From an uncultured Planctomycetaceae bacterium (GTDB taxonomy: Bacteria; Planctomycetota; Planctomycetia; Pirellulales; PALSA-1355), in NCBI GenBank assembly GCA_963785305.1, contig CAWAUV010000009.1, positions 192,001 through 256,000 of the forward strand: a stretch of DNA of 64,000 bases, read 5' to 3'. The translations under genes and the position numbers were made by a program. A model generated the notes under the pieces. It ran no database searches. It had not been told where the DNA came from and saw nothing but the letters and a program-made list of their open reading frames with translations. Positions 1 through 11,349 of this stretch are shown one piece after another (position 1 is the stretch's first letter; the number at the start of each line of letters is the position of its first letter).

Positions 1-937
1 GAGCCGAAAGTTTCGAATCTTTTTCGCCGCTGGCTTGGGGCTGGTCGCAATGGCCGGCTTGGCGCTTGCATTCTATGGAGCATTGCGACGGTCGCCATCG
101 TATTACGAGGCCGCGCTCGATCGCGACAGCGCGGCGGCAGCGCGTTCGAGCGACGAATTCTTGCAAAGCGCCGCGGGTGTGGCCAGCGATGTGCGCCGCC
201 GCGGATCGTGGGACGCGCTTTTCACGGCCGATCAGATCAACGGATGGCTCGCGGTCGACGTGCCGAGGAATTTTCCCGACCTCTTGCCGGCCGAATTCGC
301 CGCGCCTCGCGTGTTTATCCATCCCGGCGACCTGACAATCGCCTGCCGCTACCGGAGCGGGTCGATCGACACCGTGCTTTCGATCGCCTGCGATGTGTAT
401 TTGCAATCGCCGAGCGTGCTCGCGATTCGTATCAAAAGCGCCAAGGCCGGACTCTTGCCACTACCCTTGGGCAAAGTGCTCGACGCAATCACCCACGCCG
501 CCGAAGGTTTGGAACTGCCGCTCGAATGGCGACGCTCGGGCGGCGATCCGGTGGCCCTGGTGGCGCTCGTACCGCCGCATGCCCGCGGGCGAGAGCGCGT
601 GTCGCTCGAAGGCGTCGAGCTCGGCGAAGGTGAAATCCTGGTTACGGGCCACACCGGCGAGACCGGGCCGGTGGCCGTGGCGGCGCACGACAAACACGAT
701 GAGCCCTTGGTCGAGCCAACCAGCCCCACCGACGCGCCGGAGTCGCGAATCAATGGCGACCCGGTCCCGACGATGCGTGACGCGTTGCCGACCGACGCGC
801 CCGTGGTCGATGCTCCGCCAGCGAGCGAGGCTCAGCCCGAGCCTGGGGGCGAGACCGTGGGCGACGGCGCATCGTCGTCGCCGCCAGCTTCGGCCTCCAC
901 GGCTGGCGAGGGCAAGAACGACACGCTCCAGCGCTGA
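1..937 (+). CDS. Hypothetical membrane-anchored protein; start codon probably just outside the window edge
   Basis: The frame is open from base 2 (SRKFRIFFAAGLGLVAMAGLALAFYG). It has an N-terminal hydrophobic helix, a globular middle (DQINGWLAVDVPRNFP) and a low-complexity tail ending at TGA 935-937. Confidence 0.7.
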   Translation, partial: SRKFRIFFAAGLGLVAMAGLALAFYGALRRSPSYYEAALDRDSAAAARSSDEFLQSAAGVASDVRRRGSWDALFTADQINGWLAVDVPRNFPDLLPAEFAAPRVFIHPGDLTIACRYRSGSIDTVLSIACDVYLQSPSVLAIRIKSAKAGLLPLPLGKVLDAITHAAEGLELPLEWRRSGGDPVALVALVPPHARGRERVSLEGVELGEGEILVTGHTGETGPVAVAAHDKHDEPLVEPTSPTDAPESRINGDPVPTMRDALPTDAPVVDAPPASEAQPEPGGETVGDGASSSPPASASTAGEGKNDTLQR

Positions 938-1259
938 TGGCCATCGCGCTCGAACAGCGCGTCGAGCACCAGTCGCTCGCCTCGGAGTCGGGCGCGCCAG
1001 AGATCGGCGCCTTCGGTCACGAGCTGATAGAATCCCCGGTCCCAGCGGCTCACGCTACCGCGATCGCCCGAGATGGGGCCTTCGTAGTCGAGATACACGA
1101 GCCGATGATCCGCGAGCGATTGGGCCGCTTGCGCGGGCCAATGCTCGGCTCGACCTCAATGGCCCAAGCGCGGAGCACGCCACCGTGCTCGAACATCACA
1201 TCCCAGTGATCGGCGCAGCCGGCGCCCGGCGCACGATGCCTGAGGATCACATACCGCAT
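832..1259 (-). CDS. Stand-alone LigD N-terminal (3'-phosphoesterase-like) domain protein, split by one frameshift
   Basis: MRYVILRH...DHWDVMFEHGGVLRAWA joins YLDYEGPISGDRGSVSRWDRG in another frame. These resemble LigD_N motifs (HWDxxLE, DH..YLDYEG, G.V..WD.G). Confidence 0.75.
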
Positions 1260-1282
1260 TGTCGCAATCGTCGCGCGCGGCA

Positions 1283-2706
1283 TTAACGGCTGGGAATGGT
1301 GGTTTCTTCATCGGTCGGGCCCGGCACTTGTTCACCGGGGCCGATGGCGGGGGCCATGTCGGCTCCGCCCGCGGCGCCGCGGCGCTCATTGCGAGGACGA
1401 GCCGGCGTGGGTTGGCCATAGGTCGTGCTCGGCGCCGGATAGCTGGGAGCAGCGTCGGCGCGCTCAGGGCCGGCGCCGGCGATTCGATCACCGTATCGCC
1501 GCCGCATCCGCAGTCCGAAGAGCAAGGCGACTCGACCGGCACCCGCATGCACACCGTCCGTGGCACGCGAGTCGTATAGGTCACGGGAATCTGTTTACGC
1601 ACCACGCGGGGCACGCGCACCACCGAAGGCTCGGCCACCATGCGCGACACCTGCACCGGAGTCTGCTCGACGCGCTCTTCGTATTGCACTCGGCAAGTGG
1701 TCACCGGAATCCGGCGCACGACCTCTTCCTCGACCATCTTGCAGACCTGAATCGCTTCTTGCCGAGGCACATGCTCGACCACCGGGCGATAGGTCACGAC
1801 CGGAGTCTTGCGAACCACTTCTTCTTGCACCATGCGGCACACCTGCACCGGAACCTTGCGCACCATTTGCTGGTCCACATAACGGGCCACTTGCACCGGA
1901 ACTTTCTGCACGATCTGCCGCGCCACATACTGGGTCTGCGGAACCTGCTGGGCCACGACATGCGGCTGCCACGTGGTCACATTCGCGATCGTCGGCGCTT
2001 TTTGTTCGGGCACCCAGGCCAAGCCACCGCGCTGATAGGCGCTCACGCCGGTCACCGGGTCGACAGCGCAGCCGCTCGGCAGCCAGCGAAGATGATTGCG
2101 CACCGCGCCGGGAGTGACTACTTGCTGCGTGGCGTAGGCCCCTTGATCGACGTATTCCGTGCGATAGGTCGTGACGGGCTCGACCACGGTCGACGCCACG
2201 CTTTGCTCGGCGGTCTCCATCACCTGGCTGCGCACCGTGTACTGTTCCTCGCGCTCCGAGGTTTCCATGACCGGCTTCGCCACCAAATAGCGCTCTTCGC
2301 GCTCGCTGGTTTCGGCCACCATGCGCGTCACATCGTAGCTCGCGTCGCGCATTTGCGTTTCATACACCGGACGCAGCACTTTGTAGCGCTCTTCGCGCTC
2401 GCTGGTTTCGGTCACCGGTCGGGCCACGGTGTAGCGCCGCTCGCGCATTTCGGTTTCGATCACTGGGCGATAGGTGGTGACTTGTTGCTCGTCGTAGACG
2501 GTTTCCGACTCGATCTTGTAGGCGTTTACCTGTCGCTCGTCGTAGACCGTTTGGTACACCAAACGATAGGCTTGCACCGGCTGGCAAGCGCCGCACTGCG
2601 CCACGGCCCGCGAGGGGCCGGCCGCGAAAATCACGGCCAAGCCGGCGGCGCCGGTGGCCGAAGCCGCGCGAAGGAGCGAGGAAGTCGAAAATTGGTCGCG
2701 TGTCAT
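1283..2706 (-). CDS. YTV-repeat, Cys/Val-rich secreted protein (planctomycete envelope type)
   Basis: Signal-like N-terminus from ATG 2706. Repeats RYTVARPVTETSEREE, RYKVLRPVYET, RYLVAKPVMETSEREE, QYTV and VPVQVCRMV.EE. Cys clusters CGAC and CSSDCGC. A probable frameshift near 1450 leads to the stop at 1283. Confidence 0.75.
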
Positions 2707-3157
2707 GGTGTTGCACCCTATGGAGCTACTCAAACGAATCCGCCAGCGGGCGATCCGCCGCCCGGCCCGGGACTCTTGCAATGCGAAGCGCAAAAAAATT
2801 ACGCTCACAGGAGTCTGGCGGACAATTTTAGCTCTGGCAAATGATTTTGTAGCGCGGCGGGGTCGCGGCGCCAAAACCAACAGGCCGGCAATGACTTGCG
2901 GCGCAAAAAAAAGTTTGAAGTCGTGGACGTTTCCAACCGACGTTGCGTTTTTTCAACACAACGCAAGTCGTTGTGCTGGCAATGCTTGCGGTCACAGCTT
3001 GCGCAACCGTCACAGCTTCTCGGCCGCTCATCTCGGCAAGGCAAGTAGCGAGCGGCAACGTGGATCGGTTCGTGCGACTATTCGCAATGCCGGCCGGCGC
3101 AGGATAAGCTCCGGGACTCGGGCGGTCGTGTATCACTTGCTCCATGTCATTCATCCA

Positions 3158-3878
3158 ATGCGATTTCTAAATCTCACGCTCGACGAGGCCGCCGCCAATA
3201 TCGCGCTCGATGACGCGCTGCTCGAAACCGCCGAGCTCGCCCACCCGCCGCTTGAAATCCTCCGGCTCTGGGAGCCGCGGGCGCCGATCGTGGTCGTGGG
3301 ACGCAGTTCGGCCGTGGAGCGCGAGGTGCGACTTGAAGCGTGTCGCGCAAGCCACGCGCCCGTTGTGCGCCGCTCGAGCGGCGGGCTGTCGGTCGTCGCC
3401 GGTCCGGGCTGTTTGATGTATGCGCTCGTGCTCAGTTATGAATTGCGGCCCGCGCTGCGGCAACTCGACATCGCCCACCAGCAAATCTTGGGCACGCTCG
3501 TGGCGGCGCTGCGGCCGCTAGCGCCCGAGATCGCGATTCGTGGAACGAGCGATCTCGAGTTGGGCGGCCGCAAAGTGTCGGGCAACAGCGTGCGTTGCAA
3601 GCGGCGCTGCCTTCTCTACCACGGCACGCTGCTTTACGATTTTCCGCTGCCCCTGATCGGCCGCTTGCTCCAGGAGCCGCCGCGCTCGCCCGACTATCGG
3701 GCCGGACGCTGCGCACGACGCCTTCGTGGCCAATCTACCGGCCGAGCGCCAGGCCCTTCACGATGCGCTGATCGAAGCCTGGGATGCCCACGAGCCCCTC
3801 GACGATTGGCCGCGAGCGCTCACGGAACAACTCGTCGCCGAAAAGTACGCCGCCGACGCCTGGAATTTTCGCCATTGA
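3158..3878 (+). CDS. Lipoate-protein ligase A family protein (frameshift near 3710)
   Basis: NIALDDALL, LRLWE, VVRRSSGG, RKVSGNS, LYHGTLL and PDYRAGR; the protein continues in another frame as HDAFVANL...EKYAADAWNFRH*. Confidence 0.85.
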
Positions 3879-3987
3879 GTAACGCCTTTTTCTGAATCCG
3901 GGTGCGTCGGCTCGGCGAATATGCCTCCGGAGTTGACGGGATCGGCACACCGAGGGCGAGGCCGGCCATCAAAGCGGTCGGCGTGGC

Positions 3988-5091
3988 ATGGATTCACGGG
4001 CGAAACACACGGTCCGCGACGCGGCAATCGGCCTGTTGCGCTGGCTCGACACAAACGCCGGTCGAAGCCGTGGCCCCGGCGACGATGCCGGCGATGAGAA
4101 AACCGTCGGACGCGAAGGCGCGAGCCGCCCACCCGACGACGAGGAGCTCTATCGTGTCGACGCGCTGCGATGTCTCCCCTTTTTTCTGATGCACGCGGCC
4201 TGTCTGGGCGTGGTATTCGTGGGATGGAGCCCGGTGGCGCTGGCGGTCGCGGCTGGCATGTATCTCCTGCGAGCCTTCGCGCTCACGGCCTTTTATCACC
4301 GCTACTTTTCGCATCGGGCTTTCAAAACCTCGCGCTGGTTTCAATTTCTCTTCGCCGTCGTGGGCAATGCGGCGGTGCAGCGTGGGCCAATTTGGTGGGC
4401 GGCCCATCATCGCCGGCATCATGCGCTTTCCGATCGGCCGGGCGACGTGCATTCGCCGCATCAGCACGGTTTCCTATGGAGCCACATGCTGTGGTTCACC
4501 TCGAAGGTGAACTTTCGAACCGACTTGCGAGCGGCGCCCGACCTGGCGCGATTTCCCGAACTGCGCTGGCTCGACCGTTTCGATGTCGCGGCGCCGGCGC
4601 TCACTGCCGGGCTTTTGCATGGGCTTGGCGGTTGGCTTGAACAGCGAGCGCCATCGCTGGGCACGAGCGGCATGCAAATGCTCGTCTGGGGTTTTTTCGT
4701 CTCGACGGTCTTGCTGTTCCATGCCACGGCCGCGATCAATTCGCTCGCGCATCGCTCGGGCGCCCGCCGCTATGACACCGCCGACGAAAGCCGCAACAAC
4801 CTGGCGTTGGCCCTGATTACGCTCGGCGAAGGCTGGCACAACAATCATCATCATTATCCGAACTCCGCGCGGCAGGGTTTCGTTTGGTGGGAAATCGACA
4901 TCACGTTTTACGTGCTTAAATTATTTTCGTGGCTGGGGCTGGTCTGGGATTTGCGCGAAGTTCCAAGACACGCGCTCGAGCGCACGGTGATGGCCCCGCG
5001 CATGGCTTCGAGCGCCGAGCAGGTCGCCGCGCCTCGCGACGCCCAGCATGAAGCCGCTCGACTGGCGACAGCCACGGGAGTGCCGCCATGA
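3988..5091 (+). CDS. Acyl-CoA (delta-9-type) fatty acid desaturase
   Basis: His boxes HRYFSH, HHRRHH and GEGWHNNHH, with TM segments. Confidence 0.92.
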   Translation: MDSRAKHTVRDAAIGLLRWLDTNAGRSRGPGDDAGDEKTVGREGASRPPDDEELYRVDALRCLPFFLMHAACLGVVFVGWSPVALAVAAGMYLLRAFALTAFYHRYFSHRAFKTSRWFQFLFAVVGNAAVQRGPIWWAAHHRRHHALSDRPGDVHSPHQHGFLWSHMLWFTSKVNFRTDLRAAPDLARFPELRWLDRFDVAAPALTAGLLHGLGGWLEQRAPSLGTSGMQMLVWGFFVSTVLLFHATAAINSLAHRSGARRYDTADESRNNLALALITLGEGWHNNHHHYPNSARQGFVWWEIDITFYVLKLFSWLGLVWDLREVPRHALERTVMAPRMASSAEQVAAPRDAQHEAARLATATGVPP

Positions 5092-5897
5092 TCGCTTGGT
5101 TCGGCGCGTGCGCGAGCCAATCGCTCGTCTGGGGGGCGCTGCTGGCCTCGGCCCTCATGGTCATCGCGTGGCTCATCGAGCGGCGCACGCACAACGCCGG
5201 AATCGTCGATGTCGGCTGGGCTGGCGGCGTGGGCCTGATCGCCATTCTGTTGGCGAGCGACGCTCCCGACGCGGGACCGCGCCGTTGGCTCGCCGCCGCG
5301 ATGCTCGGACTGTGGTCGCTGCGGCTGGCTTGGCATCTGCTCGTGGATCGCGTGCTCGGACACGATGAAGACGGCCGGTATCGATCGCTCCGCCGCCGCT
5401 GGGGCCGCTGGGCCGGAATCGGCTTCTTCGTTTTCTTTCAGATTCAAGCCGCGCTGGCCTGGCTCTTTGCCTTGCCCGCGTTTGTGGCCGCGAGGGCCGG
5501 GCGACCGCTGCCCGATGGCTGGGATACGATCGCGGTGGCCCTTTGGCTTGTGGCCGTGGGGGGAGAAACGATCGCCGATCGACAATTGCGACGATTTCGC
5601 GACGATCCGGCGCATCGCGGCCGCACATGCCGCGCGGGGCTCTGGCGATATTCGCGCCACCCCAACTATTTCTTCGAGTGGCTGCACTGGTGGGCCTATC
5701 CGTTCCTGGCTTTCGGCGCGCCAGGCTGGGCGCTGCTGTTTCTTTATCCCGCGCTGATGCTTCTCTTCCTGTTTAAGCTCACTGGCATTCCGGCGACCGA
5801 GGCGCAGGCGATCGCCAGTCGCGGCGAGGATTATCGCCGCTATCAGCGCACGACGAGTCCTTTCATTCCCTGGTTTCCCAAGAGCGACACTCCATGA
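5088..5897 (+). CDS. DUF1295 / steroid 5-alpha-reductase-like membrane protein
   Basis: NAGIVDVGW, EDGRY, GETIADRQL, GLWRYSRHPNYFFEW and YQRTTSPFIPWFP; ATGA overlap with the desaturase stop. Confidence 0.9.
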   Translation: MIAWFGACASQSLVWGALLASALMVIAWLIERRTHNAGIVDVGWAGGVGLIAILLASDAPDAGPRRWLAAAMLGLWSLRLAWHLLVDRVLGHDEDGRYRSLRRRWGRWAGIGFFVFFQIQAALAWLFALPAFVAARAGRPLPDGWDTIAVALWLVAVGGETIADRQLRRFRDDPAHRGRTCRAGLWRYSRHPNYFFEWLHWWAYPFLAFGAPGWALLFLYPALMLLFLFKLTGIPATEAQAIASRGEDYRRYQRTTSPFIPWFPKSDTP

Positions 5898-7000
5898 ACT
5901 GGGCAATCGAACTTGCCGAACGCGGTTGGCTTCCCGACCCGATGGTGCGGGCCGGTATCCGGCGCCTTTTGGCCGAGCGGCTGCGCGAGGTCGACCAGCG
6001 CAATTGCGCCGCCGACCGCGAAGCGCATCAGCGCTTCATCGAGCAAATGCGCTCGTCGCCCGTGGCGATCGGCGCCGCCAAGGCCAATGAACAGCACTAC
6101 GAAGCGCCCCCGAATTCATTGTGCGCACTGCTTGGCCCTCGGATGAAATACAGTTGCGGATTATGGTCGCGGCCCGGCGACACACTGGCGACCGCCGAAG
6201 AGGCGATGCTCGCGCTCACATGCCAAAGAGCCGATATCGGCCCCGGCCAGCGGATTCTGGACCTTGGCTGCGGCTGGGGATCGCTCGCGCTCTGGATCGC
6301 CGAGCACTATCCGGACTCGAAAGTGACGGCGCTGAGCAATTCGCGTCGGCAGCGAGAGTTTATTCTGGCCCGCGCCGAGGCGGCGAATCTCGCGAATCTT
6401 GAAGTCGTGACTCGCGATGTGCAAGATTTTCAAGCGCCCGCGGCAAGTTTCGATCGGGTCGTTTCGGTCGAGATGTTCGAGCATGTGCGTAACCACGAAG
6501 CGCTGCTCGGCCGCATCGCCGGTTGGCTGGCGCCGGGCGGAAAACTGTTCGTGCATATTTTTTGCCATCGAAGGTTCGCCTATTCCTTCGAGCCCGCGAC
6601 GAACAAGGACTGGATGGCCCAACACTTTTTCACCGGCGGCGTGATGCCGTCCGACGATCTGCTGCTTTACTATCAGCGCGATCTCGCGGCGCGGGAACAC
6701 CATCGCATTCCCGGCTGGCACTATGCCCGCACGCTCGAAGCGTGGCTCGCGCGACTCGACGAAGATCGCGAAGCCGCGGCCGCCGCGCTGGCGCCGGGCT
6801 TGCCGGCGCATGAGGCGCGGCGGCTTGCGCGAAGGTGGCGAATATTTCTCATGGCCTCGGCCGAGCTGTTCGCTTACCGCGGCGGTCAAGAGTGGTGGGT
6901 TGCTCACTATGTGTTCGAAAACCACGCGACTCGCGCCGCGATTCACTCGCCCGGTCGCTCGGGGAGCGGCAGTTCGCAGATTTCCTTGAGCAAGTCGTGA
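5894..7000 (+). CDS. Cyclopropane-fatty-acyl synthase family SAM-dependent methyltransferase
   Basis: ANEQHYE, MKYSCG, ILDLGCGWGSL, SVEMFEH and FFTGGVMPS; ATGA overlap with the DUF1295 gene. Confidence 0.9.
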   Translation: MNWAIELAERGWLPDPMVRAGIRRLLAERLREVDQRNCAADREAHQRFIEQMRSSPVAIGAAKANEQHYEAPPNSLCALLGPRMKYSCGLWSRPGDTLATAEEAMLALTCQRADIGPGQRILDLGCGWGSLALWIAEHYPDSKVTALSNSRRQREFILARAEAANLANLEVVTRDVQDFQAPAASFDRVVSVEMFEHVRNHEALLGRIAGWLAPGGKLFVHIFCHRRFAYSFEPATNKDWMAQHFFTGGVMPSDDLLLYYQRDLAAREHHRIPGWHYARTLEAWLARLDEDREAAAAALAPGLPAHEARRLARRWRIFLMASAELFAYRGGQEWWVAHYVFENHATRAAIHSPGRSGSGSSQISLSKS

Positions 7001-8041
7001 GCCAGGGCCGCGGTGTCGAGCCCTTGGCCTTGCAGGTTCATGATAAAGATCACCGCGTCGTGGCGGCCGGGCACGAATTGAAACTGACTCGAATAGCCCG
7101 ACGCCGCGCCGTCCTTGGCCACGATCCTCACACCGTTCACCTCGCGGGTAAACCATCCCACGGCGCCGGTCTTGCCCTCGCTCACCGGGGTGATCATCTC
7201 TTGAGCGCGGGCCGGAGTCAGGAGCTTGTGGCTTTGAATGCCCCGGTACAATCGCACAAGATCGCCAAGCGTGGTTTGCAAGAATCCCGAGGGAATGGCA
7301 TATTCTCCACCGCGCGGCACGGCTTCGTTCACGACTTCGAGCCCCTTTTTGCGATGATAATGTCCGGGCGCGAAATTGGCGTCGGTTGGGCCATAGCCGC
7401 TGCGCGACATGCCGAGCGGCTTGAATACTTCGTCGCGCATGAAGTCGAGATACGGTTTGCCCAAAGCGCCTTCGATCACGTCGCCCGCCACCGCGAAATT
7501 AAAATTGTTGTACTCCTGCTTCGCGCCCGGTCGAAACGCCATCGGCAGTTCGTCGGCCGCGCGGAACATGGCTTGCATGCTCGGCAGCTTCTCCTTCAGT
7601 TCGGGAATGCCGCTTTGATGGGCCACGAATAGCTTGATGGGGATCTGCCGCCAAGGCTTGGGCATCTGTTTCACATAGCGGCTGGCCGGATCGCCCAGCG
7701 AAAGTTTGCCTCGCTCGGCCAGCAGTTCGACGCCCACTCCGGTAAACGCTTTCGAGAGCGAACCGATATGAAACACGGTATCGCGATCGGGCAGGATCGG
7801 ATCGGCGGGGGTGCGCACTCCATAGCCGCGCTCGACAACCGTCTTGCCATCGCGGATCACCGCGAGCACCAGCCCCGGCACGCCTTTCTCCTTCATAAAT
7901 CGCTCGACAATCCGATCGGCCGCCGCTCGGGCCGCCTCCGGCGACTTGTTCGCGAGCGCGGCCTCGCTGCTGGGCCAGCGCCTCGCCGGCAAACCCAATC
8001 GCGACCAGGGCGGCCAGCAAGAAATGTTTGTCGATTCGCAT
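6943..8041 (-). CDS. Secreted serine hydrolase (beta-lactamase/AmpC-like family), frameshift after the signal peptide
   Basis: SxxK (GSLSK), YNN and KDG motifs. The signal peptide MRIDKHFLLAALVAIGFAGEA lies in the adjacent frame from ATG 8041. Confidence 0.85.
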
Positions 8042-8103
8042 GGGAGCCTTTATCCGAAAGTCATTTTGTGCGGGGGATTCATGGGCGGTTCCCGCGAAGT
8101 TCT

Positions 8104-8796
8104 TCATGCGGAACCCGCCTCATCGCGGCGATGTACGATTCGTTCGATGGCGCGACGACGTTCTTCTTGAATCGTCCGGCGGGAGGCTCGGACCCTTTCG
8201 GCGATCTCCGGACCGGCGCTTTCTGGCGAGCCGAAGTCGAAAGGAGGGTCGGGATTGTATTCCATCATCAGTTGGATTTCCTTGGCGATCAAGGCGCCGT
8301 GCAGGAGCGCGGCGATCGTCAGACCAAAGTCGATTCCGGCGGTCACGCCGCCGCCGGTAATGCGATTGCGGTCCGCGACGACGCGTTCGTTCACCGGATG
8401 CGCCGCCACGAGCGGCAGCAATTCCAGGCTGAGCCAATGCGTCGTGGCCCGATAACCTCGCAGCAATCCGGCGGCGCCCAAGAGCAAGGCGCCCGTGCAG
8501 ACGGACGTGACGAACCGAGCCTGCTCGCCCTGTTTCCGCAGGAAGGCCAAGCACTGCTCGTCGTCGAGCTGTGCATTCACGCCGTTGCCCCCGGGCACGA
8601 ATAGGATGTCGAACCGCGGCGCATCGGCCATCAGCGTGTCGGGCACGATCGCCAGTCCCTGTTCGCTCGCCACGGGCTCGAGCGAAGCCGACACCAAATG
8701 AATTCGGGTGTTCGGCATGCGTGAAAAGACCTCGTATGGCCCGACGAGATCCAAGACGGTCAGCCGCGGAAACAAGAGCATCCCGATGGTGGTCAT
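8104..8796 (-). CDS. DJ-1/PfpI family protein (isonitrile hydratase InhA-like)
   Basis: LDLVGPYEVF, LFVPGG, SVCTGALLLG, ATTHW, TGGGVTAGIDFGL and IQLMMEYNP.PPF..GSP. Confidence 0.9.
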   Translation of the reverse strand: MTTIGMLLFPRLTVLDLVGPYEVFSRMPNTRIHLVSASLEPVASEQGLAIVPDTLMADAPRFDILFVPGGNGVNAQLDDEQCLAFLRKQGEQARFVTSVCTGALLLGAAGLLRGYRATTHWLSLELLPLVAAHPVNERVVADRNRITGGGVTAGIDFGLTIAALLHGALIAKEIQLMMEYNPDPPFDFGSPESAGPEIAERVRASRRTIQEERRRAIERIVHRRDEAGSA

Positions 8797-8845
8797 GATG
8801 TCGCTCGACGCATGGTTGCTGGACTCGGTTTGCCACTGGGCTCGA

Positions 8846-10947
8846 TCATCGCTTCTTCGCCTCGGCGTCGTGATCTCGTTGTGACGCGAGCGCCGCTTCG
8901 CCGGCTGCCAAGGTGGCGAGGATCTTCTCCACATCATATACACAACCCGCCCACACGCCGCCGCTCGCCCTTTGCAGCGCCGCCCACAAGCGGCTCGCGG
9001 GCGGCATGCGTTCGTCGGGCCGAATTGCGTCGTGCATCGGGCGCTCGGCCAGCAATCGCGCGGCGCCGGCGGAGTCGAGCGGTCGGGCGCGCTGACCCGG
9101 TCCTAGGCTTTCGCCGACCAGATTCACGGAACCGACGAGCCGCCGGGTGTCGACGATGATTTCGATCTCGTCTCCTTCGCGCACCTTGCCGATCGGCCCG
9201 CCAGCGAGCGCTTCGGGCGAGACATGCCCAATGCAAGCGCCGGTGCTCACGCCCGAAAATCGCGCGTCGGTCACCACGGCCACTTCGCGCCCCCACTCCA
9301 GATAGCGCAGCGCGCTCGTGACCTGATAGGTTTCTTCCATTCCGGCGCCAAGCGGCCCGCGACCGGCGAGCACGATTACATCGCCCGGCCGGATCGGCGC
9401 CGGAGCATTGTTCGCCCCATCCGCGCCGGCCGCTGCTCGGGCGGTTGCCGGCGCGGCGTGGGCCTTGATCGCCGCGATCACATCGCGCTCGCGCGTGAAT
9501 ACCCGGGCCGGGCCGCGCTTGCGGTACACGCCATCGGCGTCGAGCGTGCGGGGATCGATCGCCGTGCTTTTGATGACCGATCCCTCGGGCGCGAGATTGC
9601 CGGTGGGAAAACAGACGGTGCTCGTGAGGCCGCGCTGCCGGCGCGCTCGGGCGGCATAATCACATCGTCGGGATCGACGCCGTCTTCGGCTCTTAGCCGC
9701 TCGCGGAGCAGTTCGCGGCGCCGCGAGCCGCGCCAGGCGGCGAGCGATTCGGCCAGCGTGTGGCCCGACACCGTGAGCACGCTCGTATCAAGCAACCCTA
9801 GTTCGGCCAAATGGAGCATGATCTCGGGCACGCCGCCGGCCAGATAGACGCGCACCGTGGGGTGACCGACCGGGCCGTTGGGCAGCGCGTCGACAAAGCG
9901 CGGCGTGGCCGCGTTGATCGCGCGCCAATCGTCGACCGAAGGCGGTCGCAAGCCGGCGGCATGGGCGATTGCCGGAATATGCAGTAGCAGGTTCGTCGAC
10001 CCGCCGCAGGCCGCATGCGCCGTCATCGCATTGCGCACCGAGGCGTCGGTGAGAATGTCCTTGAGCCGTAGGCCGCGGCGGTGGAGCGCGGCGAGGGCGA
10101 GCGCGCTCCGACGCGCAATGTCGAGCCAAATCGGTTGGCCGCTGGGCGCGAGCGCCGCATGCGGAACCGTCATGCCGAGCGCTTCGGCCACCACTTGCGA
10201 GGTGGCCGCGGTGCCGAGGAATTGGCATCCGCCGCCGGGCGACGCGCAGGCGCGGCAACCGAGCTCGGCCGCTTCTTCGAGGCTCACTTCGCCGTGCGCA
10301 TAGCGAGCGCCAAGCGATTGAATCCTGCCGGCGTCTTCGCCCGTGGCCGGAGGCAACGTGACACCGCCGGGCACAAGCACCGCGGGCCCATCGCCCGCGC
10401 CGGCGAGCGCCATCATCATCGCCGGCAGGCCCTTGTCGCAGGTGGCCACGCCAAGCACTCCGCGGCGCGTGGGCAGCGAGCGGATCAGCCGGCCGAGCAC
10501 CAGCGCGGCGTCATTGCGAAACGGCAGACTGTCGAACATGCCGGCCGTGCCTTGCGTGCGACCATCGCAGGGATCGCTGCAATAGGCCGCAAACGGCACC
10601 GCGCCGCCGGCCTTGAGCACTCGCGCCGCCTCGGCCACGAGCAGGCCGACTTCCCAGTGGCCGGTGTGATAGCCCAGCGCGATCGGCGAGCCATCGGCCG
10701 CGCGAAGTCCGCCCTGGGTGCTGAGGAGCAAGAACTGCGGGCCGGTGAGGCGCCGCGGGTCCCAGCCCATGCCGGCGTTTTGCGTGAGGCCAAACAGATC
10801 GCCGCTCGGCCACTCGCGAAGCATCTCATCGGTCAGCGGTAGGCTTCCGGCCGGGCCCGCGGCGCGGGTCACGACGCGATACGCGGCTTCGCTCGACGCT
10901 TCGAGCCAATCGGCGTCGTGGGAGGCGATTGCGGAGGAGTCGGTCAT
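8846..10947 (-). CDS. YjhG/YagF-type D-xylonate dehydratase (IlvD/Edd family), frameshift near 9640
   Basis: [58 protein letters not shown] and [21 protein letters not shown]. Confidence 0.9.
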
Positions 10948-11349
10948 AAAAAACAGGTCGTTTCGTGGAGGGATTTCGATGGATGGTCGCGAGGCCGGTC
11001 CGATTCTAACGGCCCAGACCGCAAAACCGAAACAACAGCGCAGGCGGCGGCGATCGCTCGCGGCTGGGGGGCCGGCTGCTTTGACGCCAGGAACGACGAA
11101 ACGTAGAGTTGCCCAGGAGCCGAAGCGGGGGCGGCCGCGGGCGCCCGGTTTTGCGATTCCTTTTCGCCGCTCCGTGTTTCGCCGGTTGCATCGGCGGCTC
11201 GGGCTGGTTACGGTATTTTGCGACTCCAGGCGGGAGTTTTGTCGTGACGGTCGATGCGTCGGCCGGTTCATCGTTTTTGAAAATCGCGAAGACGCCGCGT
11301 ACTTTTTGTCGTGGCGCATCCGGCGATGATTTCCATGTTGCTGCTTGCC

